NCBI GenBank assembly: GCA_963723565.1 | Contig: CAVRRH010000008.1 | Coordinates: 12,935 to 76,934 of the forward strand | Source: an uncultured Gemmatimonadales bacterium | GTDB taxonomy: Bacteria; Gemmatimonadota; Gemmatimonadetes; Gemmatimonadales; GWC2-71-9 | Direction of reading: 5' to 3' | DNA length: 64,000 bases | Shown here: positions 14,676 to 24,178 of the stretch, piece after piece | Layout: every line of letters begins with the position of its first letter | Position numbering within the stretch: the stretch's first letter is position 1 | Position numbers and translations under genes: made by a program | The notes under the pieces: generated by a model | Database searches by the model: none | What the model was told of the DNA's origin: nothing | Seen by the model: the letters and a program-made list of their open reading frames with translations, nothing else

Positions 14676-14749
14676 CGCGCCCGGCAGGACTCGAACCTGC
14701 GACCCACAGCTTAGAAGGCTGTTGCTCTATCCAACTGAGCTACGGGCGC
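14676..14749 (-). tRNA. tRNA-Arg(UCU), CCA not encoded
   Basis: GCGCCCGTAGCTCAGTTGGATAGAGC-ACAGC CTTCTAA GCTGT-GGTTCGAGTCC-CGGGCGCG. Confidence 0.96.
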
Positions 14750-14918
14750 TTGTTGCTGGACAATAACTTAGGCGATTCTGCGGGGACTTCAACGCGAGTG
14801 GTGCCAAAGTGGTGTCAGAGGCCCGTTAGACTTGAGGGAGCATCCGAAGAAACGCTGAAACATGGTGCGTAGCGTAATCCCTGGCACCTTCAATGAGTAT
14901 AAGAGTCGCTCGAGGACG

Positions 14919-15158
14919 ATGAGTATACGTGAGGCGCGGCTGAAGCCGGAGTACGCGGCTGAGTATCCCGGCATGACACCGGACGTGTGGATGCCAGCCA
15001 TGGAGCTTGCCATGGGGCTCATCCAGCGAGCTCATGCCCGGCGTCGAGAAGGTCGGTATACCCGCACCTTCGACCCAACTCATTTCGAGTTTCGGGGAGG
15101 GGAGACCGGTCCTCGACCGCGGATCTCCCGCACGCGAAGCACAGACCCTAAAGCGTAG
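14919..15158 (+). CDS. Small hypothetical protein, RL[KR]PE..YP..W..HFEF family (copy 1)
   Basis: MSIREARLKPEYAAEYPG...W...HFEFRGG; GAGGA RBS; alternative start 14862. Confidence 0.75.
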   Translation: MSIREARLKPEYAAEYPGMTPDVWMPAMELAMGLIQRAHARRREGRYTRTFDPTHFEFRGGETGPRPRISRTRSTDPKA

Positions 15159-15207
15159 CTCTAGCGTGGAATGGTGACACGCAGGAGCGACGGGAGGATC
15201 GAGAAGC

Positions 15208-15462
15208 TTGGCACAGCTATACAGCAGGATACGTCTGGTGCGGCTGCGGCCAGAGTTCGCTCAGCATTATCCGGGTTTGGATCCCGGGGTCTGGGAAACC
15301 GCCACCGAGCTCGCTGCCAAGCTCTTGGCGCAACATGCCCTGCAGCCAAGTCCAGGGCATATGCTCAGCAATCGCATCCTCTCAGAGGAGCATTTCGAGT
15401 TCAAGGGCGGGACAGCTCGAGGCTCCTCCTCACTGGGAGCACGCTCTCGCGTGACTGACTAG
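15208..15462 (+). CDS. Small hypothetical protein, same family (copy 2)
   Basis: RLVRLRPEFAQHYPG...W...HFEFKGG. Confidence 0.75.
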   Translation: MAQLYSRIRLVRLRPEFAQHYPGLDPGVWETATELAAKLLAQHALQPSPGHMLSNRILSEEHFEFKGGTARGSSSLGARSRVTD

Positions 15463-16093
15463 GCACGGCCTCCGACATTGGGGGGGCCGCGTACGGCGCT
15501 ATCGTAAGCGACAACATCGGAGAATAGAAATATTGGGGAAATCTGAGACGCTCTCATGGGCTGATCTACAAGCGCGCATGACCGCAGTTGCGGGCGGCCA
15601 AGCGCATCACTCGTTCTCGGAGAACGAGGTGTCCGAAATTATCGCGGAAGCTCTAGTTCGGATTAGCGGGTAATCCTCTAGAGACTTCCGCACGATCCGC
15701 AGCGTGAGAGGCGGGCGTCCCGGGGCCCTGTGGCGCCAAAGGTTAGATCTCTCGGTCATACTCTGGCCGGCGGTTTACTCCCAACCTTTTGTTCATCCAG
15801 CGTCGGATCTCATTGTCCATGTCTTCGGAGAGCTTCCAAGTCATCCGGTACAATTTGATGTAGGCGTTGTCGCGAGGAGAGGAGGCGGTGGGAGCGCACC
15901 CGGGGGAGGGTGGGGCCACGGGCCTACGGTTCGATCCGTGTTAGTCGCGTTATCGTCGGATCTACTGCGCTCGCGCTCGACCACCGCCACTAGAATAAAG
16001 CACCCGCTCGGGCGTGGCTGGGATGTACGTCACAAAACGAGGAGAAGTGGAAGAATTTGATGGAGAGTTGACGCAGAGGCTACATCGTGGAGG

Positions 16094-16219
16094 ATGCCAG
16101 AGCTCGAAGATCCCTACCGGAGCTGGCCGCTCCTAGATCGGCTAGAGATGCTTGCCTTCGAGGCGGAGCTGGCGCACCTACCTGACGGGAGGTCCCTTCC
16201 CCAAGCTGCCCCGGATTAG
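16094..16219 (+). CDS. 41-aa ORF MPELEDPY...LAFEAELAHLP...; possibly a truncated remnant
   Basis: GGAGG before ATG; core is duplicated at 16608-16640 with only synonymous changes. Confidence 0.4.
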   Translation: MPELEDPYRSWPLLDRLEMLAFEAELAHLPDGRSLPQAAPD

Positions 16220-16307
16220 ACCCCCAGCAGTTTCCAGCGCACGCCTGACCTTGTGCATTTCGGTTCGTGGGCTAGCTTGCAACCTCCCCCATCCACGATA
16301 GTAGGAG

Positions 16308-16589
16308 ATGAACCGTGGGCCGAGAAAAACATCGGCCTACAGTTTCACGACTACGCCTCACGGATTCAACACATTGACCATCTCTGGCCACCCACGCATC
16401 CTTGCCCGGCTTCGGCCTAAACTGGCTGCACGGCACCCCAGCATTCCTTCTGGCACCTGGCATCCGGTTCTACCTTACAATCCCATGGCACTTCGTCCTG
16501 AGGCGGAGCCCGGCTTCGTCTGGGTCGATGTTGAGGGACGCCTGCGAAAACTCCCGACTGACTACTTTGAGTTCACCGAAGCAGCATAG
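16308..16589 (+). CDS. Small hypothetical protein, divergent member of the same family (copy 3)
   Basis: ARLRPKLAARHPSIPSGTW...DYFEF; AGGAG upstream. Confidence 0.6.
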   Translation: MNRGPRKTSAYSFTTTPHGFNTLTISGHPRILARLRPKLAARHPSIPSGTWHPVLPYNPMALRPEAEPGFVWVDVEGRLRKLPTDYFEFTEAA

Positions 16590-16812
16590 TGAACGTTGCT
16601 TCGCCAAGCTCGCCTTCGAGGCAGAGCTGGCGCACCTCCCCCGGTCTCTGATCGTGGCGATATGGGAGGCTTTCGATTCGCTGGCATCAGTTTCCCCGTG
16701 GTGTCATTCGTGGTGCCAGAAGCAAACCGGTGAACCTAGCGGGGACTAGCGCACGTATGGGCTAAGTGGTTGAGATACAGCGCCCGCCAGTGTGGGCTAG
16801 CGGGCGGTGAGG

Positions 16813-16854
16813 GCTTAGAAGGCTGTTGCTCTATCCAACTGAGCTACGGGCGCT
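16813..16854 (-). repeat. Displaced 5' half of tRNA-Arg (att site)
   Basis: Identical to 14709-14750; breaks just after the anticodon loop. Confidence 0.9.
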
Positions 16855-17019
16855 GACCAGATGCGACCATAACCTAGCGGCGAGGTGAGAGGCAGAGAAG
16901 CATCTACCCCCGGGCGCATCTTGGGACCGCCTATACCCCTGACCTCACCAGGGTCTGGACTCTAGCAGCACGATGTCAGATACTACAGGAGCCCCCCAAA
17001 CCACATTGGCGATACCCAG

Positions 17020-17505
17020 GTGTCCCGATCTGTGAAAGGATTCAAGGACTCGATGAAACGTCCCTCCCCACTACTCTATGCAGTTCGGGCCCGTTTGGTG
17101 GAGCATTTCGAGCTTTTCATGACGACCGTCGGTGTGTTGCTGGCTATCCTGATCACACTGAGCGAGCTGTCGCGCGGCGAGCAGGGAACGGCGCTGATCT
17201 TCCTCATCTGGCTTCAGGGCTTCATCCTCTGGGCCGTGCATCGCCACTGCATGCTCCGAAACCGAGGCCTGGTCGACAGGATGCGGATGATGGTGCAGGA
17301 CCGGGTGAACAATCGACTCACCCTCTGGCTGAGCCTCACGGATGTTCAATCCCGCATCGCCGCCGAAACCGGACGGGACGATAGGGAAGCGGTGTCCCTC
17401 GCTGCAGCGCGGGCCGTGGCGCTGGAGCTCGAGAAGCTCTCTTTCGAGTCACTGCGCACCTGGGAACGGCGATATTCCCGATTCATTTCTTCCTTGCCCC
17501 ACTGA
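17020..17505 (+). CDS. Hypothetical membrane protein (2 TM)
   Basis: Two hydrophobic segments followed by a helical tail; start may be ATG 17053. Confidence 0.7.
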   Translation: MSRSVKGFKDSMKRPSPLLYAVRARLVEHFELFMTTVGVLLAILITLSELSRGEQGTALIFLIWLQGFILWAVHRHCMLRNRGLVDRMRMMVQDRVNNRLTLWLSLTDVQSRIAAETGRDDREAVSLAAARAVALELEKLSFESLRTWERRYSRFISSLPH

Positions 17506-17636
17506 CCAATACCTCAGCACCAGCCCGATGACAGATCTGCGCTCGCCGATGGCACGGCGGGCGCAGTCGGAAACCCCTCGCCCCGTGCCTACGTAGAGCC
17601 AGCACATCTTCATCTCCGCTTCATCCAGGAGGGCCA

Positions 17637-18407
17637 GTGTTCCGACTCTCGTTGATCCTGTGCGCTCTGGTGCTTCCCGTCGCTTCCGCGGCCTCCACGA
17701 TTCCTCCGGCGCCCAGGAACGGTGAGGAGCTGGTCGCCCTCATGCGCGCCCGGTACGCCGGTAAATGGTACCGCACCCTGACCTTTACCCAGAAGACCAC
17801 GCTTCCCGACGGCAAGATCGAAACCTGGTACGAGGCGCTCGAACTCCCGGGCAAGCTCCGCATCGACATTGCCCCGCTGGATAGCGGAAAAACACTGCTT
17901 TTCCGTAACGACTCCCTTTACGTCTTCGATCAAAAGATGCTGAAGGCGTCGCAGCCGCTGGTACACCCGCTGATGGTCCTCGGGTTCGACGTCTACCAGG
18001 CGCCCGTGAACGAAACCACACAGAAGCTTCGAGAACTGAAGTTCGACCTATCCAAACTGCACCAGACTACCTGGCGGGGACGCCCGACCTACGTTGTCGG
18101 AGCCGCGCCGGGAGATACCACCAGCCCTCAGTTCTGGATCGACGTGGAGCGGCTCTACTTCGTTCGCAGCTTGGAGCCCTCGAAGAAAGATCCAGCGGTG
18201 ATCAACGAGACCATTTTCGATAAGTACCTCCCGCTCGCCGGGGGCTGGGTCGAGACGGAGGTGCTGTTCCTCGCCAACGGCAAGCAGCAGGTGAAGGAGG
18301 AGTACAGCGATCCCAAGGCCAATGTGAAACTGGACCCCGCGATCTTCGATCCCAGTGCCTGGAAGGCCCCCGGGTGGGTCCGACATGAAGGCGGTCACCG
18401 ACCCTAA
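17637..18407 (+). CDS. Exported hypothetical protein, possibly LolA-like fold
   Basis: Signal peptide; YAGKWYRTLTFTQKT, WYEALELPGKLRID, QFWID. Confidence 0.75.
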   Translation: MFRLSLILCALVLPVASAASTIPPAPRNGEELVALMRARYAGKWYRTLTFTQKTTLPDGKIETWYEALELPGKLRIDIAPLDSGKTLLFRNDSLYVFDQKMLKASQPLVHPLMVLGFDVYQAPVNETTQKLRELKFDLSKLHQTTWRGRPTYVVGAAPGDTTSPQFWIDVERLYFVRSLEPSKKDPAVINETIFDKYLPLAGGWVETEVLFLANGKQQVKEEYSDPKANVKLDPAIFDPSAWKAPGWVRHEGGHRP

Positions 18408-18484
18408 GCCCCCTTGCATCGCCAAGCTGAGGTGGGGCTGGTCACCGCAGTTTGAGGGGTGGGAGCCGAGCTTTGTAGAAGCTT

Positions 18485-19837
18485 ATGCGGCTCTCGACCC
18501 TCAGGCTCCCGGCCCGGCTGGCCCTCACGAGCTCGCTCCTGTTGTGCGCGAGGGCTGAGGCACAGGAAGCTCCTCAAACCGATCGCTCGAAAGGGCCCAG
18601 TTTCTGGCAGGCCGCAGCGGGCGTGGCCTCTGTGAATGGTCTCACCTGGTTCTACAACTGGCACGTACAACGGCGGGAGTGGGCGAATGTCGGGACCCAA
18701 AGCTGGTGGGAGAACCTGCGCTCCGGATTCGCCTGGGACGACGACGTGTTCGGTGTTAATCAGCTAGCGCACCCCTACCATGGCAGCCTCTACTTTAACG
18801 CCGCCCGATCTGGTGGCTACGATTTCTGGGCCTCCACGCCCTTTGTAGCCGCCGGAAGCCTCAGCTGGGAGCTCTTCACCGAGAACGTCCAGCCATCCCT
18901 TAATGACGTGATCAACACCACTCTTGGCGGAATCGCGCTGGGAGAGGTGGCTTACCGGATGAGCTCGCTCCTGACCTCGAAAGGGGCGACCTTCGGCCGG
19001 GAGATAGGCGCGTTCGTAGTAAGCCCAGTCGCGCAGACCCAGGCGTTTCTGCACGGCAGAGGCAGCAGAGTCGACGGCGCGAATCGCCCGCTTCCGGAAT
19101 CGAGCGCGGCGTTGGTGGCGGTTGGGCAGCGGAGAGGCACCGGAGCTTCGTCTTCAGGGATGGCTGGAAACAGAGCCTTCGTTGGGCTCACCGTTCAATA
19201 TGGCAGTGCCTTCGGCGAGCGGGTGCAGCGGCCTTACGATGCTTTCGAGTTCAGCCTGCACCTCAGTCCGGAGGAGCACGTCGTCCTCACTCACGCGGCG
19301 GTCTCGGGCGTGGTCTCCCGCCGCACGCTCGTCCGCTCGTCTGGAAGCCAACTGCATCTGGCCTTGTTTCAACACTACGACTACGACGCTCTCCCGGCCT
19401 TCAAGGCCAGCAGCCAGAGCCTAAGCGGTGCCCTGCTCTACCGGCGGCCGGCCGGGGCGCGCACACAGGTCGATCTGGGACTGCACCTGGAGGCTGTGCC
19501 CCTGGGGGCCATCTTGTCCGAGCACCGGGGCGTGCGGCGGCGGGACTACGATTATGGACCCGGCCTGGGCGGCAGGTTCACGGGATCGGTGCGGCGGGAC
19601 GGGCGGGACCTGCTCCGGCTGGATGCCCGGACGGTCTGGATTCACAGCGTGTATGGTGCGAATGCGGACCACCTGGCGACAACAGCGCGAATCAGTGCCG
19701 CAGTGCCGGTGATGCGGATAGTAAGTGTTGGGGGAGATGTAGGCCTGACGGTGCGCCGGAGCTCCTATCGCGACATGCCGAACGTGACCAAGCGGATCCC
19801 ACTGGTCCGCTTTTACCTGGTCTGGTCGCCGGCCTGA
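18485..19837 (+). CDS. DUF3943 domain outer-membrane protein
   Basis: WDDDVFGVNQLAHPYHGSLYFNAARS, WELFTE..PSLNDVINTTLGG..LGE; beta-rich C-terminus. Confidence 0.85.
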   Translation: MRLSTLRLPARLALTSSLLLCARAEAQEAPQTDRSKGPSFWQAAAGVASVNGLTWFYNWHVQRREWANVGTQSWWENLRSGFAWDDDVFGVNQLAHPYHGSLYFNAARSGGYDFWASTPFVAAGSLSWELFTENVQPSLNDVINTTLGGIALGEVAYRMSSLLTSKGATFGREIGAFVVSPVAQTQAFLHGRGSRVDGANRPLPESSAALVAVGQRRGTGASSSGMAGNRAFVGLTVQYGSAFGERVQRPYDAFEFSLHLSPEEHVVLTHAAVSGVVSRRTLVRSSGSQLHLALFQHYDYDALPAFKASSQSLSGALLYRRPAGARTQVDLGLHLEAVPLGAILSEHRGVRRRDYDYGPGLGGRFTGSVRRDGRDLLRLDARTVWIHSVYGANADHLATTARISAAVPVMRIVSVGGDVGLTVRRSSYRDMPNVTKRIPLVRFYLVWSPA

Positions 19838-19845
19838 ACCAGGTT

Positions 19846-19879
19846 CAATGGGGGCTCCGGGATTTCGGACCCGCGACCT
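19846..19879 (-). repeat. Degenerate copy of the tRNA-Pro 3' end (old att site)
   Basis: 29 of 34 aligned positions match 20663-20695 (hand alignment). Confidence 0.6.
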
Positions 19880-19897
19880 GATGGGGTCCTAAACCCG

Positions 19898-20092
19898 CTA
19901 CTGATCCCGCCGCAGACGCTTCCGGTCCTTTTTGCTCATCTTCCGCCCGTGTTTGGCCTCGAAGTCCGCCTCCGCCGCCTTGCGCTCCCGACGGTCCTCA
20001 TTGATAGCCTGCCCGCGAGAATCCTTCGGCAGTGTCGAGGGCTGATCGTTCGGCCCGGAGGGCGACCAAGGTTTAGGTGGGTCGTAGGTCAT
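19898..20092 (-). CDS. Small basic hypothetical protein
   Basis: 64-aa ORF only; no recognised motif. Confidence 0.35.
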   Translation of the reverse strand: MTYDPPKPWSPSGPNDQPSTLPKDSRGQAINEDRRERKAAEADFEAKHGRKMSKKDRKRLRRDQ

Positions 20093-20597
20093 GGACGTAG
20101 CCCGGTGGAGGCGTTGGATCTTGTGGCAGAATTTTCGGTATCAGCTGCCAGAATAACGGTCATACGTGATCCAGAGCAAGTTTAGGTTCGCGCCGGCTAA
20201 CGAGGAGGTCTATACTCCTCCCGCCGGCTTTCGAGTGCGGTTCGACGGGATCGGCCAGCTGACTTCGACCGCATCACTTGGCCACCTGAGTGGCGGCGAG
20301 GACTGGCCTGGATTCCGCCCTAGCCCGTGTAGCCACGCCCACCGCCGCCAGGACCAGCCTCGCCAGCCGGCTCACCGACCACAGCCCGCCCTCAACCACC
20401 AGCCAAAACCCAGCTTTCAGCACCACCGCGATCCGCGCCTGCATCGAGGCCCCCAGGAGGTAGAGTCAGGGCCAACGCTAAACTCTCGCCATCAAGCGGA
20501 ACTCAAAAAATCGCCAGCCGCACTTGCCGAACCTCGCCCGGGGATCCAAGAATGGCCGTTTCCGTTACCTCCCTGGCATAACCTCTGATCACAAACG

Positions 20598-20622
20598 AAA
20601 ACCGGCCACGTGAGGGCCGGCT
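20598..20622 (-). terminator. Terminator after tRNA-Pro
   Basis: CCGGCC...GGCCGG followed by TTTTCGTTTG on the minus strand. Confidence 0.6.
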
Positions 20623-20665
20623 GGTCGACACTACTCAATTGGCTACGGGTTATTCTCTTGCACAA

Positions 20666-20739
20666 TCGGGGCGCCGGGATTCGAACCCGGGACCTCCTGC
20701 TCCCAAAGCAGGCGCGCTACCGGACTGCGCCACACCCCG
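20666..20739 (-). tRNA. tRNA-Pro(UGG)
   Basis: CGGGGTGTGGCGCAGTCCGGTAGCGCG-CCTGC TTTGGGA GCAGG-GGTTCGAATCC-CGCCCCGA. Confidence 0.96.
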
Positions 20740-20759
20740 TGTACCTGCCGACGCAGAAT

Positions 20760-21393
20760 CTAACCTGAGGGCCGCTCCTTTTTCACGAGGCGCTCAGCTA
20801 GCGCCCGTAGCGCCCTGCCCCGGTGGCTGACGGCGTCCTTCTCCTCGGCCGTCGCCTCGCCGAATGCTCTTTCCCAGCTCGATCGCTGAAGAAGTAGGGG
20901 TCGTAGCCAAAGCCCTTGGTGCCGCGCGGCGCCTCGAGGATCCGCCCGGTACAGTCGCCCTGGCAGATCGGTGGGACCGCCGCCGAAGGAAGGGACGTAG
21001 AACAGGACACAGCGGTAGCGAGCGAGCCGCCTCGATTCCGGCGCACCGGCCAGGCGGCGCAACAGCTCAGCATTGTTGGCGGCATCGATCTCCGCCTCGC
21101 TGCCCGTGGCCCCGGCCCACCGCTTCGAGTGCACGCCCGGCGCTCCCCCGAGGGAGAAGACCTCGAGACCCGAATCGTCGGCAAAGGTCGGCATGGAGCT
21201 GAGACGGGCAAAATACTCGGCCTTCTGGCGGGCATTGGCTTCGAAGCTCTCGCCCCGCCTCCAGCGGATCTCCAGCGGACGACTCCCGGAGCCAGATGTC
21301 GTCGGGGAAAACGACCTCGAGCCCTGCGGGGCCGAGGATCCGCCGAATCTCGCGCTGCTTGCCCGCGCTCCGGGTGGCGGCCAGGACCTTCAC
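20760..21393 (-). CDS. rdgB: Non-canonical purine NTP pyrophosphatase (frameshifted)
   Basis: [46 protein letters not shown]; overlaps the rph stop. Confidence 0.9.
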
Positions 21394-22100
21394 CCGCCGA
21401 GCGCCTTCCGCTGGGCCTGGAACAGCTGGGCGATGCCACGCTCCGCCAGGTCGAGGATGGTATCGAGCTGGGCCCGGGAGAAGGTGCCATGCTCCCCGGT
21501 TCCCTGCACTTCCACGAACTGGGCGGGCTCGAGCATCACGATGTTGGAGTCCACGCCGGCATCCTTGTCCTCGGCGTAGGACAGATCGAGCCGAACCTCG
21601 CCTTCGATCACCCCCACCGACGCGGCCGCCACCAGCCGGCCGAACGGTGACGGCTGGCCGGTCCGCTCGGCCAGCCAGGCGCAGGCATCGGCGAGGGCGA
21701 CACAGCCGCCGGTGATACCGGCTGTCCGGGTGCCGCCATCGGCCTGGAGCACGTCGCAATCGATCCGGATGGTGAACTCACCGAAGGCCATGGTTGCCAT
21801 GGCTGCCCGGAGCGAGCGGCCGATCAGCCGCTGAATCTCCTGAGTGCGGCCGCCGGGACCGTTCCGCTCCCGGGAGGTCCGCTCCACGGTGGCGCGGGGC
21901 AGCATGGCGTATTCGGCGGTGACCCACCCTTCGCCGGAGCCTTTCTTGAAGCCGGGCACACCGGGCTCCACGCTGGCCGTGCAGTGTACCAGGGTTCCGC
22001 CCATCCGGATCAGACAGGACCCCTCGGCATAGGGATTGGCCCGCCGCTCGAGCACGAGAGGCCGGAGCTGGTCGTTGGCGCGGCCATCAGGACGTGGCAC
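21390..22100 (-). CDS. rph: Ribonuclease PH
   Basis: [48 protein letters not shown]. Confidence 0.96.
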   Translation of the reverse strand: MPRPDGRANDQLRPLVLERRANPYAEGSCLIRMGGTLVHCTASVEPGVPGFKKGSGEGWVTAEYAMLPRATVERTSRERNGPGGRTQEIQRLIGRSLRAAMATMAFGEFTIRIDCDVLQADGGTRTAGITGGCVALADACAWLAERTGQPSPFGRLVAAASVGVIEGEVRLDLSYAEDKDAGVDSNIVMLEPAQFVEVQGTGEHGTFSRAQLDTILDLAERGIAQLFQAQRKALGG

Positions 22101-22572
22101 GAAGACGCTCCACAAGAGAAGAGGTTGAAAATCCGCTGACCAGAGGAACCCGCACGACCCGGCCGCCTCGTGACTCGACCCAATCACCGCCGACGATGCT
22201 GGCGCGAGCATAATCAGCGCCTTTGACCAGTACGTCGGGGGCGAGAGCCTTGATCAGCTCGAGGGGCGTGTCGCTCATCGAACAGCGACCACGCAATCCA
22301 CCGCAGCGAAGCCCTGCCACAACCCGCGCCCGAGCCGCTTCCGGCATCACCGGACGTTCGGTGCCCTTCCCCAGGCGACGGACCGAGGCGTCGCTGTTGA
22401 TGCCGACGATCAGCACATCACCCTCTCTCCGGGCAGCCTCGAGCAGCTCGCACATGGCCGGGGTGGAGCAGATCGAAGACGCCATTGGTGAACACGACTG
22501 GACCGATCTGCCGAGCCCGCCAGGCGACGGCCTCAGGTCAGCCGAGCGCAGCTTGTCCGCCGTCGCGATCAT
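22087..22572 (-). CDS. rfaE2: D-glycero-beta-D-manno-heptose 1-phosphate adenylyltransferase (frameshifted)
   Basis: [44 protein letters not shown]. Confidence 0.88.
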   Translation of the reverse strand: MIATADKLRSADLRPSPGGLGRSVQSCSPMASSICSTPAMCELLEAARREGDVLIVGINSDASVRRLGKGTERPVMPEAARARVVAGLRCGGLRGRCSMSDTPLELIKALAPDVLVKGADYARASIVGGDWVESRGGRVVRVPLVSGFSTSSLVERLRATS

Positions 22573-23799
22573 GGCTCCGGCGTCCGCGCCGAGGACGGTA
22601 GGAAGAGCGACCTTCAGTCCGGGAGGAGCCACGAACGTGGTGGCCATGACCATGAGCAGAATGGCCCCGAAGACGGCTTCGTTGAGGATTCCGGCCCGCC
22701 GCCCGATGTCGGCGAAGATCAGACCCACCTCGCCCCGCGGGACCATCCCCACGCCCACGACCAGGCGCCGGAACTTGACCCAGGGCGCGGCCCAGCCGGC
22801 CGCCAGCTTCCCGACGATGGCCAATAGGGTGAGCGACCGCGGCAACTCCGAGGACGCCCGCGCCACCCGTCGCGGGTGGGATCGAGCAAGCCGAGGTTTA
22901 CCGAGGCGCCGACGCTCACGAAGAAGATAGGTGTGAAGATGGACGCCACGGGTCGAACCTCCCGCTCGATGGTGTCGAACTGGTTGGTTCCCGAGAGGAT
23001 GAGCGCCGGCGGCAAAGGCGCCGATGATGAGGGCCGACCCGACCAGGGCCGCAGCGGCCGAGAGCCCCAGCGCAAAGGCGATGGCAAAGACCAGCAGAAC
23101 GTAGCGGACCCGCATCCGGACCACGAGGTCGAACAGCCGCGGGGCGACGAACCGGCCCACCAGAACGGCCACCACCAGGAACCCCACCGCCACGGCCAGG
23201 ACCCGCAGGATCCCGAGCGGCGCCACGCGAGGCGCCGGCGGCCATACCGGAGACCACCGTGAGGATCACCAGCCCGAGCACATCGTCGATAATGGCGGCC
23301 CCGATGATGATCCTGGCCTCTGGGTGTGCATCTGGCCGAGATCGGACAGCACCCGAGCGGTGATACCGACCGATGTGGCCGTGAGCGTGGCGCCCACGAA
23401 GATGGCCGCCATCGTGAGATCGGGGTCGCCTCCACTCGCCGCATGAGGCAGGTAGGCCCAGTAGGCAAAGCCGAACGCGAACGGGAGCGCGACGCCGACG
23501 GCCGCCACGGAGAGCGCGGCCGGACCGACCCGGAACATCTCCTTGCAGATCGGTCTCCAGGCCGATCTCGAAGAGCAGGAGCACGACGCCCAGCTCGGCC
23601 AGGAGGTGGATGATCTCTGCTCCCGCGCCTTCCGTCGGCACGATGCCGAACACGCTGCCGCCGAGAAGCACGCCGGCGACCAGCTCACCGAGCACGGCCG
23701 GCTGGCCGAACGCGCTCGGCAAGCTCACCCAGCAGCTTGGCGGCAACGAGCATTGCCGGCCAGCACCAGGAACAGGCTGGGAATGGAGAGGTCGTGCAT
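22569..23799 (-). CDS. Cation:proton antiporter, CPA2 family (frameshifted)
   Basis: GQPAVLGELVAG, LLFEIGLET, ATSVGITARVL, GAAIIDDVLG, GMVPRGEVGLIFA. Confidence 0.9.
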
Positions 23800-23807
23800 C
23801 GCGGAGG

Positions 23808-24178
23808 CTAGAGCGGCTTCCTCGGCCCTGGGCCGTAGCACGAAGGTGTGCTTGAAGAGTGGCAGGTCGACCTGGTCGGTGTACTCGGCTTGGATGACGA
23901 TCCGGTTCGGATGGCCCACCCCGGGTAATCTTGAACCGGGGTGCGCGCCTGTGAGCAGCGAATCCGCCTGCGCATTCAGGCGCCGGTAGATGACATCGTC
24001 CTGAAGGCTGGGTGCCAGACGCGCCTGGGTGCGCATGCCGTCGAGCAGTTGGTAGTAGCGGAGATAGACCTGGCCGATATTGACACCGTAGTACGAGCGC
24101 GGCGGCGAAGAGGAGCAGCGAGACCAGGCAGCCGAGACCGCCGGCGCCGCGACGCGAACTCCGCCAGACGTTCACCAC
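23808..24178 (-). CDS. Hypothetical protein with N-terminal TM (DUF4845-like), frameshifted
   Basis: RRGAGGLGCLVSLLLF..., MRTQARLA, EYTDQVDLPLF. Confidence 0.65.

Larger units (their letters stand above)
14709..16854. mobile_element. Integrase-less genomic islet at tRNA-Arg, bounded by 42-bp direct repeats
   Basis: GCTTAGAAGGCTGTTGCTCTATCCAACTGAGCTACGGGCGCT at 14709-14750 and 16813-16854; GTGGTGYCA pairs near both ends. Confidence 0.8.

Noticed and set aside
15462-16060. Short protein-like frames inside the islet (for example minus-strand ...YIKLYRMTWKLSEDMDNEIRRW...)
   Set aside because: No clear start, RBS or recognisable family, so they cannot be supported as genes.
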